Shown here: positions 20,306 through 30,502 of the stretch, one piece after another | Numbering within the stretch: the stretch's first letter is position 1 | Layout: each line of letters begins with the position of its first letter | Origin: Deltaproteobacteria bacterium | GTDB lineage: Bacteria; Myxococcota_A; Polyangia; Haliangiales; Haliangiaceae | Length of the DNA: 64,000 nucleotides | Reading direction: 5' to 3' | NCBI GenBank assembly: GCA_025353585.1 | Contig: JANXOM010000279.1 | Span: forward strand, 18,009-82,008 | Notes under the pieces: model-generated | Databases searched by the model: none | Told to the model about the DNA's origin: nothing | Seen by the model: only the letters and a program-made list of their open reading frames with translations | Program-made: the position numbers and the translations under genes

Positions 20306-20671
20306 GTGCTCGCCGCGCTCGTCGGAGCGTGGCTCGTTCTCGGCGGTGTGCTCGGGATGCGACACGAGGCGCGCGTGCGTCACGTCCTCGATGTCCGCAC
20401 CGGCGCCGTTCGACACGCCGACGCGATCGCCGCGACCGCGACGGTTGGCGCAGCCCCGAGCTGCCGCGCGGCCGGCGCCGCACCGGACGGAGACCTCTGC
20501 GCGATCGCGACGGTCTTGCATCAGGGGGGACAGCCTGGACCGGCGCGCGTGTCGCTCGGGCGGCCGGCGCTCTCGTGCACCGTCGCCACGAGCCTCCCGT
20601 CCATCCCGGCTCGGCCGCTCGCCGCCGTCTACGCGTTCGCCCCCAAGACCTCGCCCCCGCTCCGCGCCTGA
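20306..20671 (+). CDS. small membrane-anchored His/Cys-containing protein (paralogue of 19207-19614)
   Basis: 121 aa. N-terminal TM LAALVGAWLVLGGVLGMRHE. C-terminal FAPKTSPPLRA matches DAPKTSPPAFA of the paralogue. Confidence 0.65.
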   Translation: MLAALVGAWLVLGGVLGMRHEARVRHVLDVRTGAVRHADAIAATATVGAAPSCRAAGAAPDGDLCAIATVLHQGGQPGPARVSLGRPALSCTVATSLPSIPARPLAAVYAFAPKTSPPLRA

Positions 20672-20891
20672 TCGCGTCTGCTCCGACCGCGCTCACGTGC
20701 GCGCGGGGTCGACGCGAACGGCGAGTCGCAAGCGTTCGGGAACGAGCTCGGCTCCGCGCAGTCACGCGTGGATGCCCATGCGGGAAGTGCGATCTCATGG
20801 AACGTTCGTCGGATATCAATGATCTTTCGCGCTCGGTTCGAGGCGCTCGGCCGCGCCCTGCTCGGTTGCCGGTGGCGCCGCGAGCACGCGC

Positions 20892-21316
20892 GTGACCCGG
20901 GACGAGATCCGGGTAGCGATCCGAGGCGCCGGTCTTCGCGCCACGCCCCAGCGCGTCGCGGTGCTGGGGCTCCTCAGCACGAGCACCGCGCCCCTGTCGC
21001 ACGGTGACATCTCCGCTCGCCTGGACATCAAGTCGGGCGAGCGGTCGACCATCTACCGGAGCATCATCGCGCTGGCGCGCGCGGGTCTCGTTCACCGCAC
21101 CGGCCGAGATACCGCGTGGCGCTTCGCGATCTCGCGCGACGTCGCTCACGCGCGCGCGCATCCGCACTTCGCGTGCAAGCAGTGCGGGCGCATCGAATGC
21201 CTCGAGACGCTCGATGTCCGGCTGCCGCGCGCACGAGGCCCGCGCGCCTCCGACGGGGAGACGTGGAGATCCACGTCTCGGGGATCTGTGACGAGTGCGA
21301 TCGGCAGGACGCGTGA
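20892..21316 (+). pseudogene. second Fur-family regulator, apparently frameshifted near 21250-21262
   Basis: Residues 1-120 (LRATPQRVAVLGLL...HPHFACKQCGRIECLETLDVRLPRARGPRAS) are in the frame of track ORF 20892-21683. The conserved C-terminus RRGDVEIHVSGICDECD (compare RRDVEVHVRGLCDACG in the paralogue) is in the frame of ORF 21116-21316. Confidence 0.65.
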
Positions 21317-22089
21317 GCGCGGCCCGCCGAGGCGCGGTCCTGGTGGCGATCGCGGCGGCCCTGGTGGCCCGGCGCGCGGAGGCCGACGACAGCCGTGGAC
21401 CCGGCGCGGGGTCTGCGCGCGACGACATGGATGGCTCGGCGGCGCCATCGCCGCCGCCGGTCAGCCCACCACCGCGCCCTTCGGACGGCACGCTGACCGA
21501 CGTGCACGACCTCTCGACCCTCGGCCTGTTCCTCGGCGGGGCGGCCGTGGGGTTCGTCGCCCACGAGTCGGGCCACGTCGTCACCAACCTGGCCTACGGC
21601 AACATCCCGACGCTGATCTCCATCAAGCCGTTCGGCTTCGTTCCGTTTGTCGCGATCTCGCCGCAGATCAGATGCACCGATGACGCGTGCTTCAAGCGCG
21701 ACGGCCGCGATTTTGGCGGCGGGCGGCCCGGTCTCTACGTCATCATCACGGCGGGCTTCACCGTGCAGCATCTGACGACCGAGATGTTGCTCTCGCTCGA
21801 GCCCGGGATCCGGTATCACCGCGCGCCGTTCCGGAAAGGGGTCCTCGCGTTCGACATCCTCGTATCGGTCGGCTACGCGGCCGCGTCGCTCACCGGCACC
21901 GAGGATCCGTTCGGCGACGTGACGGGTGCAGCGCGCGCCGCGCACATCAACCACGACGTCTTCGCGATCCTCCTGATCGCGCCGGCGTTGCTCGACGCCT
22001 ATCGGTTCGTTCGCCCCGGCTCGCGCTGGGTGCCCGTCGCGAGCCGGACCCTCAACGCGACGATGTTCGGCATCACGTTCGCGATCTGA
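21313..22089 (+). CDS. membrane protein with HExxH (HESGH) metalloprotease-like motif
   Basis: Signal/TM segment, Pro-rich linker, FVAHESGHVVTN, several TM segments. GTG at 21313 overlaps the Fur2 TGA (GTGA). GTG at 21295 is an alternative start. Confidence 0.7.
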   Translation: MSAARRGAVLVAIAAALVARRAEADDSRGPGAGSARDDMDGSAAPSPPPVSPPPRPSDGTLTDVHDLSTLGLFLGGAAVGFVAHESGHVVTNLAYGNIPTLISIKPFGFVPFVAISPQIRCTDDACFKRDGRDFGGGRPGLYVIITAGFTVQHLTTEMLLSLEPGIRYHRAPFRKGVLAFDILVSVGYAAASLTGTEDPFGDVTGAARAAHINHDVFAILLIAPALLDAYRFVRPGSRWVPVASRTLNATMFGITFAI

Positions 22090-22098
22090 CGATCATTG

Positions 22099-23262
22099 CT
22101 ACGGGGTCGCGGTGGCCGCGGTCGCCGCCACGACGAGGTCGTACGGAAGACCCCGCTTCGCCCACAGCTCGAACAGCTGCGCCTTCTCCGTGTTCGCGAC
22201 GATCGCGACGACGATCCCCTGCTCTGGCGCGAGCAGCAGCGAGCTACGCATGCCGCCGATCGAGCCCTGGCGCTCGACCAGCGCGACCGACCGCCCGGGC
22301 ACGGCGAGCTTGTAGGCCCACGAGCCGAGCGCCTCCTGCTGCATCGCCGGGTCGCCGCGGAACATGGTCGCTGTCGTCGCGTCCGACACGAGCCGGTGGG
22401 TGACGAGCGTCCGGCCCCAGCGCGCGAGGTCGTCGATCGTGCCGACCAGCGCGGCCGACGCGCCGAACGTCGCGAGGTTGTAGGTCGCCTCGCGCTTGCC
22501 GTCCTCGAGGTAGCCGACGACGGTCGACGTATCGGGGTGCGCCGCGGTCACGATCCGCAGCGACGGCAAGCCGAGCCCCTTCGTGATCGCCTGCTCGACG
22601 AGCGCGTCGAACCGCTGGTGGGTGACGGCCTCGAGCACGGCCCCGAGCACGAGGTAGTCGCAGTTGTTGTACTCGAACGATCCGGGCGCCCGCTTCGGCG
22701 GCTGGCCACACACCGTCGAGAACACCGCCGCGTGGACGCCGACGTCGGCATCCGTGCGCTGGTAGAACGCCGGCATCTGCCCGTCGGGCGTGCCGTCATC
22801 CGGGTTCTGCAGGCCCGAGGTGTGACGGAGCAGATCGCGGATCGTGATCTCGCGCAGCGGCGCGGGCGTCGCCGGCAGGTACGCCCCGAGCTTCTCGTCG
22901 AGCGCGAGGCGCTTCGCCTCCACCTGCTGCATCACGAGCGCGGCCGTGAGCTGCTTCGCGATCGACGCGAACCGCACGACCTCGTCGGCCGTGTGCGGCG
23001 TCCCGCGCTCGCGGTCCGCGAGGCCAACGGCGCCGCGATAGATGACGCGATCGTCGCGCAGCACCACGACGAGCCCGTCGAACACGCCCGCCGCGTGCGC
23101 CGCATCGACCGCTGCCGCGATCCGGGCCGTCGCGGGATCCGGAGACACGGGCGCCAGTGGGGCCGGAGAGCGCACCGCGTCCGCGTGCGGGCCGGACGCG
23201 CAGCTGGCGAGGATGAACAACACGACGACGACGCAGCGGGACATCGAGTGGATACTAGCCAT
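22099..23262 (-). CDS. serine hydrolase, beta-lactamase (class C/esterase) family, probable lipoprotein
   Basis: SxxK motif in FASIAKQLTA. Lipobox ILASC. ATG at 23244 is an alternative start. Confidence 0.85.
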   Translation of the reverse strand: MASIHSMSRCVVVVLFILASCASGPHADAVRSPAPLAPVSPDPATARIAAAVDAAHAAGVFDGLVVVLRDDRVIYRGAVGLADRERGTPHTADEVVRFASIAKQLTAALVMQQVEAKRLALDEKLGAYLPATPAPLREITIRDLLRHTSGLQNPDDGTPDGQMPAFYQRTDADVGVHAAVFSTVCGQPPKRAPGSFEYNNCDYLVLGAVLEAVTHQRFDALVEQAITKGLGLPSLRIVTAAHPDTSTVVGYLEDGKREATYNLATFGASAALVGTIDDLARWGRTLVTHRLVSDATTATMFRGDPAMQQEALGSWAYKLAVPGRSVALVERQGSIGGMRSSLLLAPEQGIVVAIVANTEKAQLFELWAKRGLPYDLVVAATAATATP

Positions 23263-23286
23263 TCACCCGCACCGCCGCCGCCCGGC

Positions 23287-24210
23287 ATGATGCGGCGGAT
23301 GGCCGCGCCCCGCGTCGTGTCGCTCCTGCCGTCGGCCACGGAGATCGTGTGCGCCCTCGGCGCCGGCGAGCAGCTGGTCGGCATCTCGCACGAGTGCGAT
23401 TTTCCCTCGACGATCCGCGACCGCCGCGTCCTGACGCGCTCTCGCATCGACGCCAACGCCTCGAGCCGGGCGATCGACACCGCCGTCCGCGCCGTGATCA
23501 CCGACGCCCTCAGCATCTACGCCATCGACGACGCCGCCCTCGCCGCCCTCGCGCCCGACGTCATCATCACCCAGGACCTCTGCGAGGTCTGCGCCGTCTC
23601 CCTCGACGACGTGCGCGCCGCCGTCGCCCGCCTCGCGCATCGCGCCGACATCCGCATCGTCAGCCTGAGCCCGACGCGCCTCGCCGACGGGCTGGGCGAC
23701 ATCGACCGCGTGGCCGCCGCCCTCCGCATCCCCGCCTCGCCCCTCCGCGCCAACCTGCAGCAGCGCATCGACGCCCTCGCTGCTCGCGCCCGCCACGCCG
23801 ACCGGCCCCGCGTCGTCAGCCTCGAGTGGATCGATCCCCTCATGATCGGCGGCACCTGGATGCCCGAGCTCATCGAGCTCGCCGCCGGCACGGCCCTCGG
23901 CGCCACCGCCGGCGCGCCCGCCCCGACCATCGACACCGCCACCCTCGCCGCCCTCGCGCCCGACGTCGTCCTCATCAAGCCGTGCGGCTTCTCCCTCGCC
24001 CGGGCCCTGGCCGAAGGCGCGGCCATCGAATCGCTCCGCGCCGCCCTGCCTCCCCACACCCGCGTCTACGTCACCGACGGCAATCAATACTTCAACCGTC
24101 CCGGCCCGCGCCTCGTCGAGTCCCTCGAGATCATGGCCGCCTGCATCCATCCCGACCTCTTCCCCGATCACGCCTCCACCCACGCCGCCTCCATCGTCCG
24201 TCTCGCCTGA
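23287..24210 (+). CDS. BtuF-like (cluster A type II) cobalamin/siderophore-type substrate-binding protein, no obvious signal peptide
   Basis: RVVSLLPSATEIVCALGAGEQLVGISHECDFP, PDVIITQDLCEVC and YFNRPGPRLVESLEIMA are typical of cobalamin-binding-protein-like proteins. Confidence 0.8.
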   Translation: MMRRMAAPRVVSLLPSATEIVCALGAGEQLVGISHECDFPSTIRDRRVLTRSRIDANASSRAIDTAVRAVITDALSIYAIDDAALAALAPDVIITQDLCEVCAVSLDDVRAAVARLAHRADIRIVSLSPTRLADGLGDIDRVAAALRIPASPLRANLQQRIDALAARARHADRPRVVSLEWIDPLMIGGTWMPELIELAAGTALGATAGAPAPTIDTATLAALAPDVVLIKPCGFSLARALAEGAAIESLRAALPPHTRVYVTDGNQYFNRPGPRLVESLEIMAACIHPDLFPDHASTHAASIVRLA

Positions 24211-24246
24211 GCCTCGTCACCGGGCAGGTCCCGACCGGCCGGTCCC

Positions 24247-25098
24247 CTACAGGTGGAGCGCGACGAGCGCGTCCGACATCTCCGCCGCCGACCGGTAGCG
24301 CGCGCCGAGCGGCGCCATCGCGCTGCCGACGACCTCGGCGAGGCCCGCGTGGACCGGCTCGACCAGCGCCTCGTCCGGGCACGCGAGGCCGGTGAGCATC
24401 TGCCCGAGCAGCAGCCCGCACTGGTAAAGGTCGGCGCGCTCGTCGACGCGTCCGCCGCTCAGCTGCTCGGGTGCCATGATCGCGACGGTGCCCGCGAGGT
24501 AGCCCGGGCGCGTGAGGCGGCCGCGCTTGGCCGGGGTCGCGAGGAGATCGAGCGCGACACCGAGGTCGATCAGCACGACGTCATCGCGGTCGTTCACGAG
24601 GACGTTCTCCGGCTTGAGGTCGCGATGGAGGACGCCATGGTCGTGGAGCTCGCCGACGGCGCCGAGAAGCTTCACCATCAGCGCGGCCGCGCGTGGCGGA
24701 TGGATCGAGCCCTCCGCGAGGAGCTCGTCGCCGACGGACCGCCCGCGGATGAAGCGCATCGCGAAGTACGTCGCGTCCGGCTCGACGACGAGGTCGTACA
24801 CCGAGACGATGCGCGGCGAGTCGAACGTCGAGAGGAGCATCGCCTCGCGCCGGAAGCGCTCCACGTGGTCGGCGTCCGCGGCGAGGCTGCGGCGGAGGAC
24901 CTTGAGCGCGACCTGCCGGCCCAGCGTGCGATCGCGGGCCAGGTAGACATCGGACATGCCGCCGGAGCCCAGGACGCGGTCGACGGCGTAGTGACCAAAG
25001 AGCCGCGGCGGGACCTCGATGCGCTCGAGGCGCCGCATCGGCAGCGTCGAGATGTCGTCGCGCACGGCCGGGACGAGGTGCATCGAGGTCGGGGCCAT
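24247..25098 (-). CDS. Ser/Thr protein kinase, catalytic domain only
   Basis: GSGGMSDVY glycine loop, VALK, HRDLKPENV, DLG (in place of DFG), APE. Confidence 0.85.
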   Translation of the reverse strand: MAPTSMHLVPAVRDDISTLPMRRLERIEVPPRLFGHYAVDRVLGSGGMSDVYLARDRTLGRQVALKVLRRSLAADADHVERFRREAMLLSTFDSPRIVSVYDLVVEPDATYFAMRFIRGRSVGDELLAEGSIHPPRAAALMVKLLGAVGELHDHGVLHRDLKPENVLVNDRDDVVLIDLGVALDLLATPAKRGRLTRPGYLAGTVAIMAPEQLSGGRVDERADLYQCGLLLGQMLTGLACPDEALVEPVHAGLAEVVGSAMAPLGARYRSAAEMSDALVALHL

Positions 25099-25231
25099 CC
25101 GACTGGTGAATCGGTTGACGCGCTGCGCGGGGCGGGAGATTCCTGAACTCTTACCGTGCGCTCACGCTCGGTAGGCGCTGGCGCACAGGGAGCGGGACGC
25201 GATCGCGACGGACGGCGTCCCAGCCGAGCGA

Positions 25232-26311
25232 TCAGCCGGTGCGGTCCTCGTCGCCGCGCGGCGCGGCGGCCGGGTCGAAGTACACGCCACGGACCCAGCG
25301 CGGGCCGCGGAACGCCGTGCGCCCGTGCAGCATGCGGTGGTTGTCGTAGACGAGCGTGTCGCCGGGCGCGAGCCGGAAGCGGTACTGGTGCTGCGGATCG
25401 CGGACGAGGCGGACGAACCGGTCGTGCGCGCGGTACCAGCTCTCCATCTCGTCGAACGGCAGCTGGTACGGCGCCGCCGTGAAGTACGACGAGCGCACCT
25501 GGAAGCGGCCCTCAGCCACGGTCACCAGCGGCGCGATCACCTCGCGCTCGAAGCTCTTCTGCTTGCGGTGGAAGCGCACCGGCGTCGAGAGCAGGCGCGC
25601 GGCGGCGTCGCGGTCGAGCGCCGTCAGGTACGTGAACGCGGCCTGCGCATCGGCGAGGATCGACTCGCCTCCGGTGTCCGCGGCGCGGATGCCCTGCAGG
25701 AGCTGGTAGCGCGGCGGCGCGTCGAGGAACGGCTGGTCGGTGTGGAGATCGATCCCCGCGTCGGTGTAGCCGAGCTGGTCGGTGTTCGCGTTCGTGGTGT
25801 TGTCGGTGCGCAGATCCTCGATGCGCCCGAAATGCGTCGCGGTCGTGCGCAGCCCGCGCGCGGCGAAAGCGTCGATCCACGCCTCGGTCTCGCTCTCGGG
25901 CGACGCGATCTCGCGCCGGACGAGCGCGGCGCCATGCTCCGCGAGGTGCGAGAGCACGCGCGCGACCACGACGGCGGGCCCGAAGCGGCCATCGATCTCG
26001 AGCGTGCTCGTCGCGGACGGCGGGCGCGGCGGGAGCGCGCGGTCCACCGCGTACGCGTGCTGACGCAGCCACGCGAGCGGGAAGCGGCTCGTGCGCTGGT
26101 CGTGGGCCCAGCGAACGCGGAGGATCCCGTCGTCGATCGTGGCGCCGAGGAGCGCGAGCGCATCCGGCGGATCCGCCGAGTCGATCGTGCGCTCGCCCGT
26201 CGTCGGGTGGCGATCGAGATCGCAGTTGTGCCGGAGCCAGCGGAGGTGGAAGTCGAGCGTGTGCCCGCCATCGGCGAGGCGCACGAAGCCCGGGAAGACG
26301 GTGACCGACAT
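25232..26311 (-). CDS. TauD/TfdA-family Fe(II)/2-oxoglutarate dioxygenase, gamma-butyrobetaine-hydroxylase-like
   Basis: 359 aa from MSVTVFPG. N-terminal DUF971-like segment, HTDQPF (HxD) and C-terminal NHRMLHGR. The upstream part of the 579-aa track ORF is rejected. Confidence 0.8.
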   Translation of the reverse strand: MSVTVFPGFVRLADGGHTLDFHLRWLRHNCDLDRHPTTGERTIDSADPPDALALLGATIDDGILRVRWAHDQRTSRFPLAWLRQHAYAVDRALPPRPPSATSTLEIDGRFGPAVVVARVLSHLAEHGAALVRREIASPESETEAWIDAFAARGLRTTATHFGRIEDLRTDNTTNANTDQLGYTDAGIDLHTDQPFLDAPPRYQLLQGIRAADTGGESILADAQAAFTYLTALDRDAAARLLSTPVRFHRKQKSFEREVIAPLVTVAEGRFQVRSSYFTAAPYQLPFDEMESWYRAHDRFVRLVRDPQHQYRFRLAPGDTLVYDNHRMLHGRTAFRGPRWVRGVYFDPAAAPRGDEDRTG

Positions 26312-26407
26312 GGAGCGATCCGTTATCACGGATTTTCCGCCGTGCTCTACTAAAACAGACAAACATCCGTCTTGACGGACGTCACGGCGCCTCCCCAGGC
26401 TTCGCGC

Positions 26408-26995
26408 ATGTCCAGCTCCGTCCTCCCCGCCGTGCTCGCCGCCAACGCGGGCTACAAGCAATCCTTCGGCACGAAGGGCACGCTCGCGCTGCCGCCCGCC
26501 CGGCAGTTCGCCGTCCTGACCTGCATGGACGCGCGGATCGATCCGGCCAAGGCGCTCGGGTTCGCCGAGGGCGACGCCCACGTGATCCGCAACGCGGGTG
26601 GCCGCGCCAGCGACGACGCGCTGCGTTCGCTCGTCATCTCGCACAAGCTCCTCGGCACGAAGGAGTGGTTCGTCATCCACCACACGAACTGCGGCATGGA
26701 GCTGTTCACCGACGAGATCATCCGCGGCCTCCTCGCGCAGAGCCTCGACACGGCCTCGATCGACGCGACCGGCTGGCACGACCACGGCAAGGGCCCCGGC
26801 TCGCACCACGGCGAGTTCATCGACTGGCTGACGATCAAGGAACAGGCGCAGAGCGTGAAGACGGACGTCGAGCGCATCCGCAACCACCCGCTCGTGCCCC
26901 GCAGCATCCCGATCTACGGCTACGTGTACGACGTCGCGACGGGCGGCCTCGTCGAGATTCCCGACGCGCACCAGGTCGGGCGCGCCACCCGGTAG
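26408..26995 (+). CDS. beta-class carbonic anhydrase
   Basis: CMDARID and HTNCGM zinc-ligand motifs. TTG at 26372 is an alternative start. Confidence 0.85.
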   Translation: MSSSVLPAVLAANAGYKQSFGTKGTLALPPARQFAVLTCMDARIDPAKALGFAEGDAHVIRNAGGRASDDALRSLVISHKLLGTKEWFVIHHTNCGMELFTDEIIRGLLAQSLDTASIDATGWHDHGKGPGSHHGEFIDWLTIKEQAQSVKTDVERIRNHPLVPRSIPIYGYVYDVATGGLVEIPDAHQVGRATR

Positions 26996-27032
26996 CGCTG
27001 ACCAATCACGAGCCAGGTGGTACGGTTCGCGC

Positions 27033-30000
27033 GTGGTGAACCGTCCCGTCGCGATCGCGCCCTACAAGCCGAAACACCACGTCCGCATCGTCACCGCCGC
27101 GTCCCTCTTCGACGGCCACGACGCCGCCATCAACGTGATGCGCCGGATCATGCAAGCGGCCGGCGCCGAGGTCATCCACCTCGGGCACAACCGGTCCGTC
27201 GCCGAGGTCGTCGACTGCGCGATCCAGGAGGACGTGCAGGGCATCGCGATGACCAGCTACCAGGGCGGTCACGTCGAGTACTTCAAGTACATGATGGACC
27301 TGCTGCGCGAGCGCGGCGCCAACATCAAGGTGTTCGGCGGCGGCGGCGGCACGATCCTCCTCTCCGAGATCGCCGAGCTCCACGCGTACGGCGTCACGCG
27401 CATCTACTCGCCCGACGACGGCCGCGCGATGGGCCTGCAGGGCATGATCAACGACCTCTTGCAGCGCTGCGACTTCGAGAAGCAGACGCCGACCGTCGCG
27501 CCCGCGCTCAAGACGCTGACCGAGCGCAAGCCGTCGACGATCGGCGGCCTCATCACCGCCGCCGAGAACGATCCGAGCGCGGTGGACGAGATCCACGCCG
27601 GCCTCGCCGCGGCGCTGGAGACCACGCCGAAGATCCCCGTCCTCGGCGTCACCGGCACGGGCGGCGCCGGCAAGTCGAGCCTCGTCGACGAGCTCGTGCG
27701 CCGGTTCCTCGCGGACTTTCCAGACAAGACGATCGCCGTGATCTCCGTGGATCCGTCGAAGCGCAAGAGCGGCGGCGCGCTGCTCGGCGACCGGATCCGG
27801 ATGAACGCGATCGACGACGCGCGCGTGTACATGCGCTCGCTCGCGACGCGGCAGTCGAACCTGTCGCTGTCGCGGCACGTGCGCGAGTCGATCGAGATCT
27901 GCCGCGCCGCGCGGTTCGATCTCGTGATCGTGGAGACCTCCGGTATCGGCCAGAGCGACACCGAGATCACCGAGCACGCCGACGTCTCCCTCTACGTGAT
28001 GACGGCCGAGTACGGCGCGGCCACGCAGCTCGAGAAGATCGACATGCTCGACTTCGCCGACGCCATCGCGATCAACAAGTTCGACAAGCGTGGCTCGCTC
28101 GACGCGCTCCGCGACGTGCGCAAGCAGTACAAGCGGAACCACAACGCGTTCGCCGTCGCCGACGACGCGCTGCCCGTGTACGGCACGATGGCGTCGCAGT
28201 TCAACGACCCGGGGATGAACACGCTCTACCGCGCGCTGATGGACCTCATCGCGAAGCGCACGGGCGCGCACCTCGAGTCGACGTTCGAGATCTCGACGGC
28301 GATGTCCGAGAAGAAGTGGATCATCCCGCCCGATCGCACGCGGTACCTCGCCGAGATCGCCGAGGCCTGCGAGGGCAACGACGCGTTCGTGCGCGCGCAG
28401 GCCGCCGTCGCGCGGCGCATGTACCAGCTGCACGGCACGATCGAGGCGCTGCGGGCGAACGTGGGCAAGAAGCGCATCGAGATCGTCGAGCCGCGCGGGC
28501 CGGGCGACGCCGATGTCGTGCAGGTCACGCAGACGGTGCAGGGCGAGCCGGCGTTCGTCGGCGAGCTCGTCGCGCTCTACCACGAGCTCGAGGGCCGGCT
28601 GGATCCCGAGTGCCGGCGGCTCCTCGCCGACTGGCCCGCGATGAAGAAGCGCTACGCGGCCGCGAAGTACCAGTTCCAGGTGCGCGACAAGGTCATCGAG
28701 CTCGACCTCACGACGGAGTCGCTCTCGCACCTGCGCATCCCGAAGGTCACGCTCCCGAAATACGAGGACTGGGGCGACATCCTCACGTGGCTTTTGCGCG
28801 AGGCGCCGCCGGGCTACTTCCCGTTCACGGCCGGCGTGTTCCCGCTCAAGCGCGAGGGCGAGGATCCGGCGCGCATGTTCGCCGGCGAGGGCGGCCCCGA
28901 GCGCACGAACAAGCGCTTCCACTACGTCTCGCGCGGGTTGCCGGCCAAGCGCCTGTCGACGGCGTTCGACTCCGTGACGCTCTACGGCGAGGACCCCGAT
29001 CACCGGCCGGACATCTACGGCAAGGTCGGCAACTCGGGCGTCTCGATCGCCAGCGTCGACGACGCGAAGAAGCTGTACTCGGGGTTCGATCTCGCCGATC
29101 CGTCGACGAGCGTCTCGATGACGATCAACGGGCCGGCGCCGATGCTGCTCGGGTTCTTCCTGAACGCGGCTGTCGACCAGCAGTGCGAGAAGCACATCCG
29201 CGCGACGGGCCAGGTGGCGAGCGTCGAGGCGGCGATCGCGGCGCTCTACGCGAAGCGCGGCGTCCTCCGGCCGACGTACCAGGGCGAGATCCCCGAGGGG
29301 AACGACGGGCTCGGGTTGCTATTGCTGGGCGTGAGCGGCGACGAGGTGCTGCCGCGGGACGTGTACGAGAAGATCAAGGCGTCCACCCTGCAGCAGGTGC
29401 GCGGCACGGTGCAGGCCGACATCTTGAAAGAGGATCAGGCGCAGAACACGTGCATCTTCTCGACGGAGTTCGCGCTGCGCCTCATGGGCGACATCCAGCA
29501 GTTCTTCATCGACAAGAAGGTCCGCAACTTCTACTCGGTCTCGATCAGCGGCTATCACATCGCCGAGGCCGGGGCGAACCCGATCTCGCAGCTCGCGTTC
29601 ACGCTGTCGAACGGCTTCACGTTCGTCGAGTACTACCTGTCGCGCGGGATGCACATCGACGAGTTCGCGCCGAACCTGTCGTTCTTCTTCTCGAACGGCA
29701 TGGACCCCGAGTACGCGGTGCTCGGGCGCGTGGCGCGGCGGATCTGGGCGAAGGCGATCCGCGACAAGTACGGCGGCAACGACCGCTCGCAGAAGCTGAA
29801 ATATCACATCCAGACGAGCGGCCGCTCGCTGCACGCGCAGGAGATCTCGTTCAACGATATCCGGACGACGCTGCAGGCGCTCCTGGCGCTCAACGACAAC
29901 GCGAACTCGCTGCACACGAACGCGTACGACGAGGCGATCACGACGCCGACCGAGGACAGCGTGCGGCGCGCCCTCGCGATCCAGCTCGTGATCAACAAGG

Positions 30001-30500
30001 AGTTCGGGCTCTCGAAGAACGAGAACCCGAACCAGGGCTCGTTCATCATCGAGCAGCTGACGGACATGGTCGAGGCGGCGGTGCTGACGGAGTTCCGGTC
30101 GATCAGCGAGCGCGGCGGCGTGCTCGGCGCGATGGAGCGGATGTACCAGCGCTCGAAGATCCAGGAGGAGTCGCTCTACTACGAGACCCTGAAGCACGAC
30201 GGCACGCTGCCGCTGATCGGGGTCAACACGTTCCTCGATCCGAAGGGCAGCCCGACGGTGGAGCCGCCCGAGGTCATCCGCGCGACGCGCGAGGAGAAGG
30301 TCTACGCGATCGACGCGCGCGATGCGTTCTGGGTGCGCAACCGCGAGGCGGGGCCGGCGGCGCTGGCGGGCGTGCAGCGGGCGGCGCTCGATGGCGGCAA
30401 CGTGTTCGCGGCGCTGATGGAGGCGTGCAAGACGTGCACGCTCGGGCAGCTGAGCAAGGCGCTGTACGAGGTCGGCGGGCAGTACCGCCGGAACATGTAG
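27033..30500 (+). CDS. icmF: fused isobutyryl-CoA mutase (B12-binding domain + MeaB-like GTPase + mutase catalytic domain)
   Basis: 1155 aa. N-terminal B12 domain ([19 protein letters not shown]), P-loop [10 protein letters not shown]-terminal acyl-CoA mutase barrel. Confidence 0.9.
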   Translation: MVNRPVAIAPYKPKHHVRIVTAASLFDGHDAAINVMRRIMQAAGAEVIHLGHNRSVAEVVDCAIQEDVQGIAMTSYQGGHVEYFKYMMDLLRERGANIKVFGGGGGTILLSEIAELHAYGVTRIYSPDDGRAMGLQGMINDLLQRCDFEKQTPTVAPALKTLTERKPSTIGGLITAAENDPSAVDEIHAGLAAALETTPKIPVLGVTGTGGAGKSSLVDELVRRFLADFPDKTIAVISVDPSKRKSGGALLGDRIRMNAIDDARVYMRSLATRQSNLSLSRHVRESIEICRAARFDLVIVETSGIGQSDTEITEHADVSLYVMTAEYGAATQLEKIDMLDFADAIAINKFDKRGSLDALRDVRKQYKRNHNAFAVADDALPVYGTMASQFNDPGMNTLYRALMDLIAKRTGAHLESTFEISTAMSEKKWIIPPDRTRYLAEIAEACEGNDAFVRAQAAVARRMYQLHGTIEALRANVGKKRIEIVEPRGPGDADVVQVTQTVQGEPAFVGELVALYHELEGRLDPECRRLLADWPAMKKRYAAAKYQFQVRDKVIELDLTTESLSHLRIPKVTLPKYEDWGDILTWLLREAPPGYFPFTAGVFPLKREGEDPARMFAGEGGPERTNKRFHYVSRGLPAKRLSTAFDSVTLYGEDPDHRPDIYGKVGNSGVSIASVDDAKKLYSGFDLADPSTSVSMTINGPAPMLLGFFLNAAVDQQCEKHIRATGQVASVEAAIAALYAKRGVLRPTYQGEIPEGNDGLGLLLLGVSGDEVLPRDVYEKIKASTLQQVRGTVQADILKEDQAQNTCIFSTEFALRLMGDIQQFFIDKKVRNFYSVSISGYHIAEAGANPISQLAFTLSNGFTFVEYYLSRGMHIDEFAPNLSFFFSNGMDPEYAVLGRVARRIWAKAIRDKYGGNDRSQKLKYHIQTSGRSLHAQEISFNDIRTTLQALLALNDNANSLHTNAYDEAITTPTEDSVRRALAIQLVINKEFGLSKNENPNQGSFIIEQLTDMVEAAVLTEFRSISERGGVLGAMERMYQRSKIQEESLYYETLKHDGTLPLIGVNTFLDPKGSPTVEPPEVIRATREEKVYAIDARDAFWVRNREAGPAALAGVQRAALDGGNVFAALMEACKTCTLGQLSKALYEVGGQYRRNM

Positions 30501-30502
30501 CG

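Noticed and set aside
27006-29195. 729-aa minus-strand ORF (similar cases: 8704-10929 +, 43113-45329 +, 58589-60763 +, 32092-34113 -, 16619-17380 +)
   Set aside because: These lie antisense to or out of frame with genes that have clear family matches (icmF, the GT/lipoprotein genes, the GGDEF-EAL gene, MscS, mutB). Their translations are Arg/Ala/Gly/Asp-rich low-information strings typical of non-coding frames in high-GC DNA.
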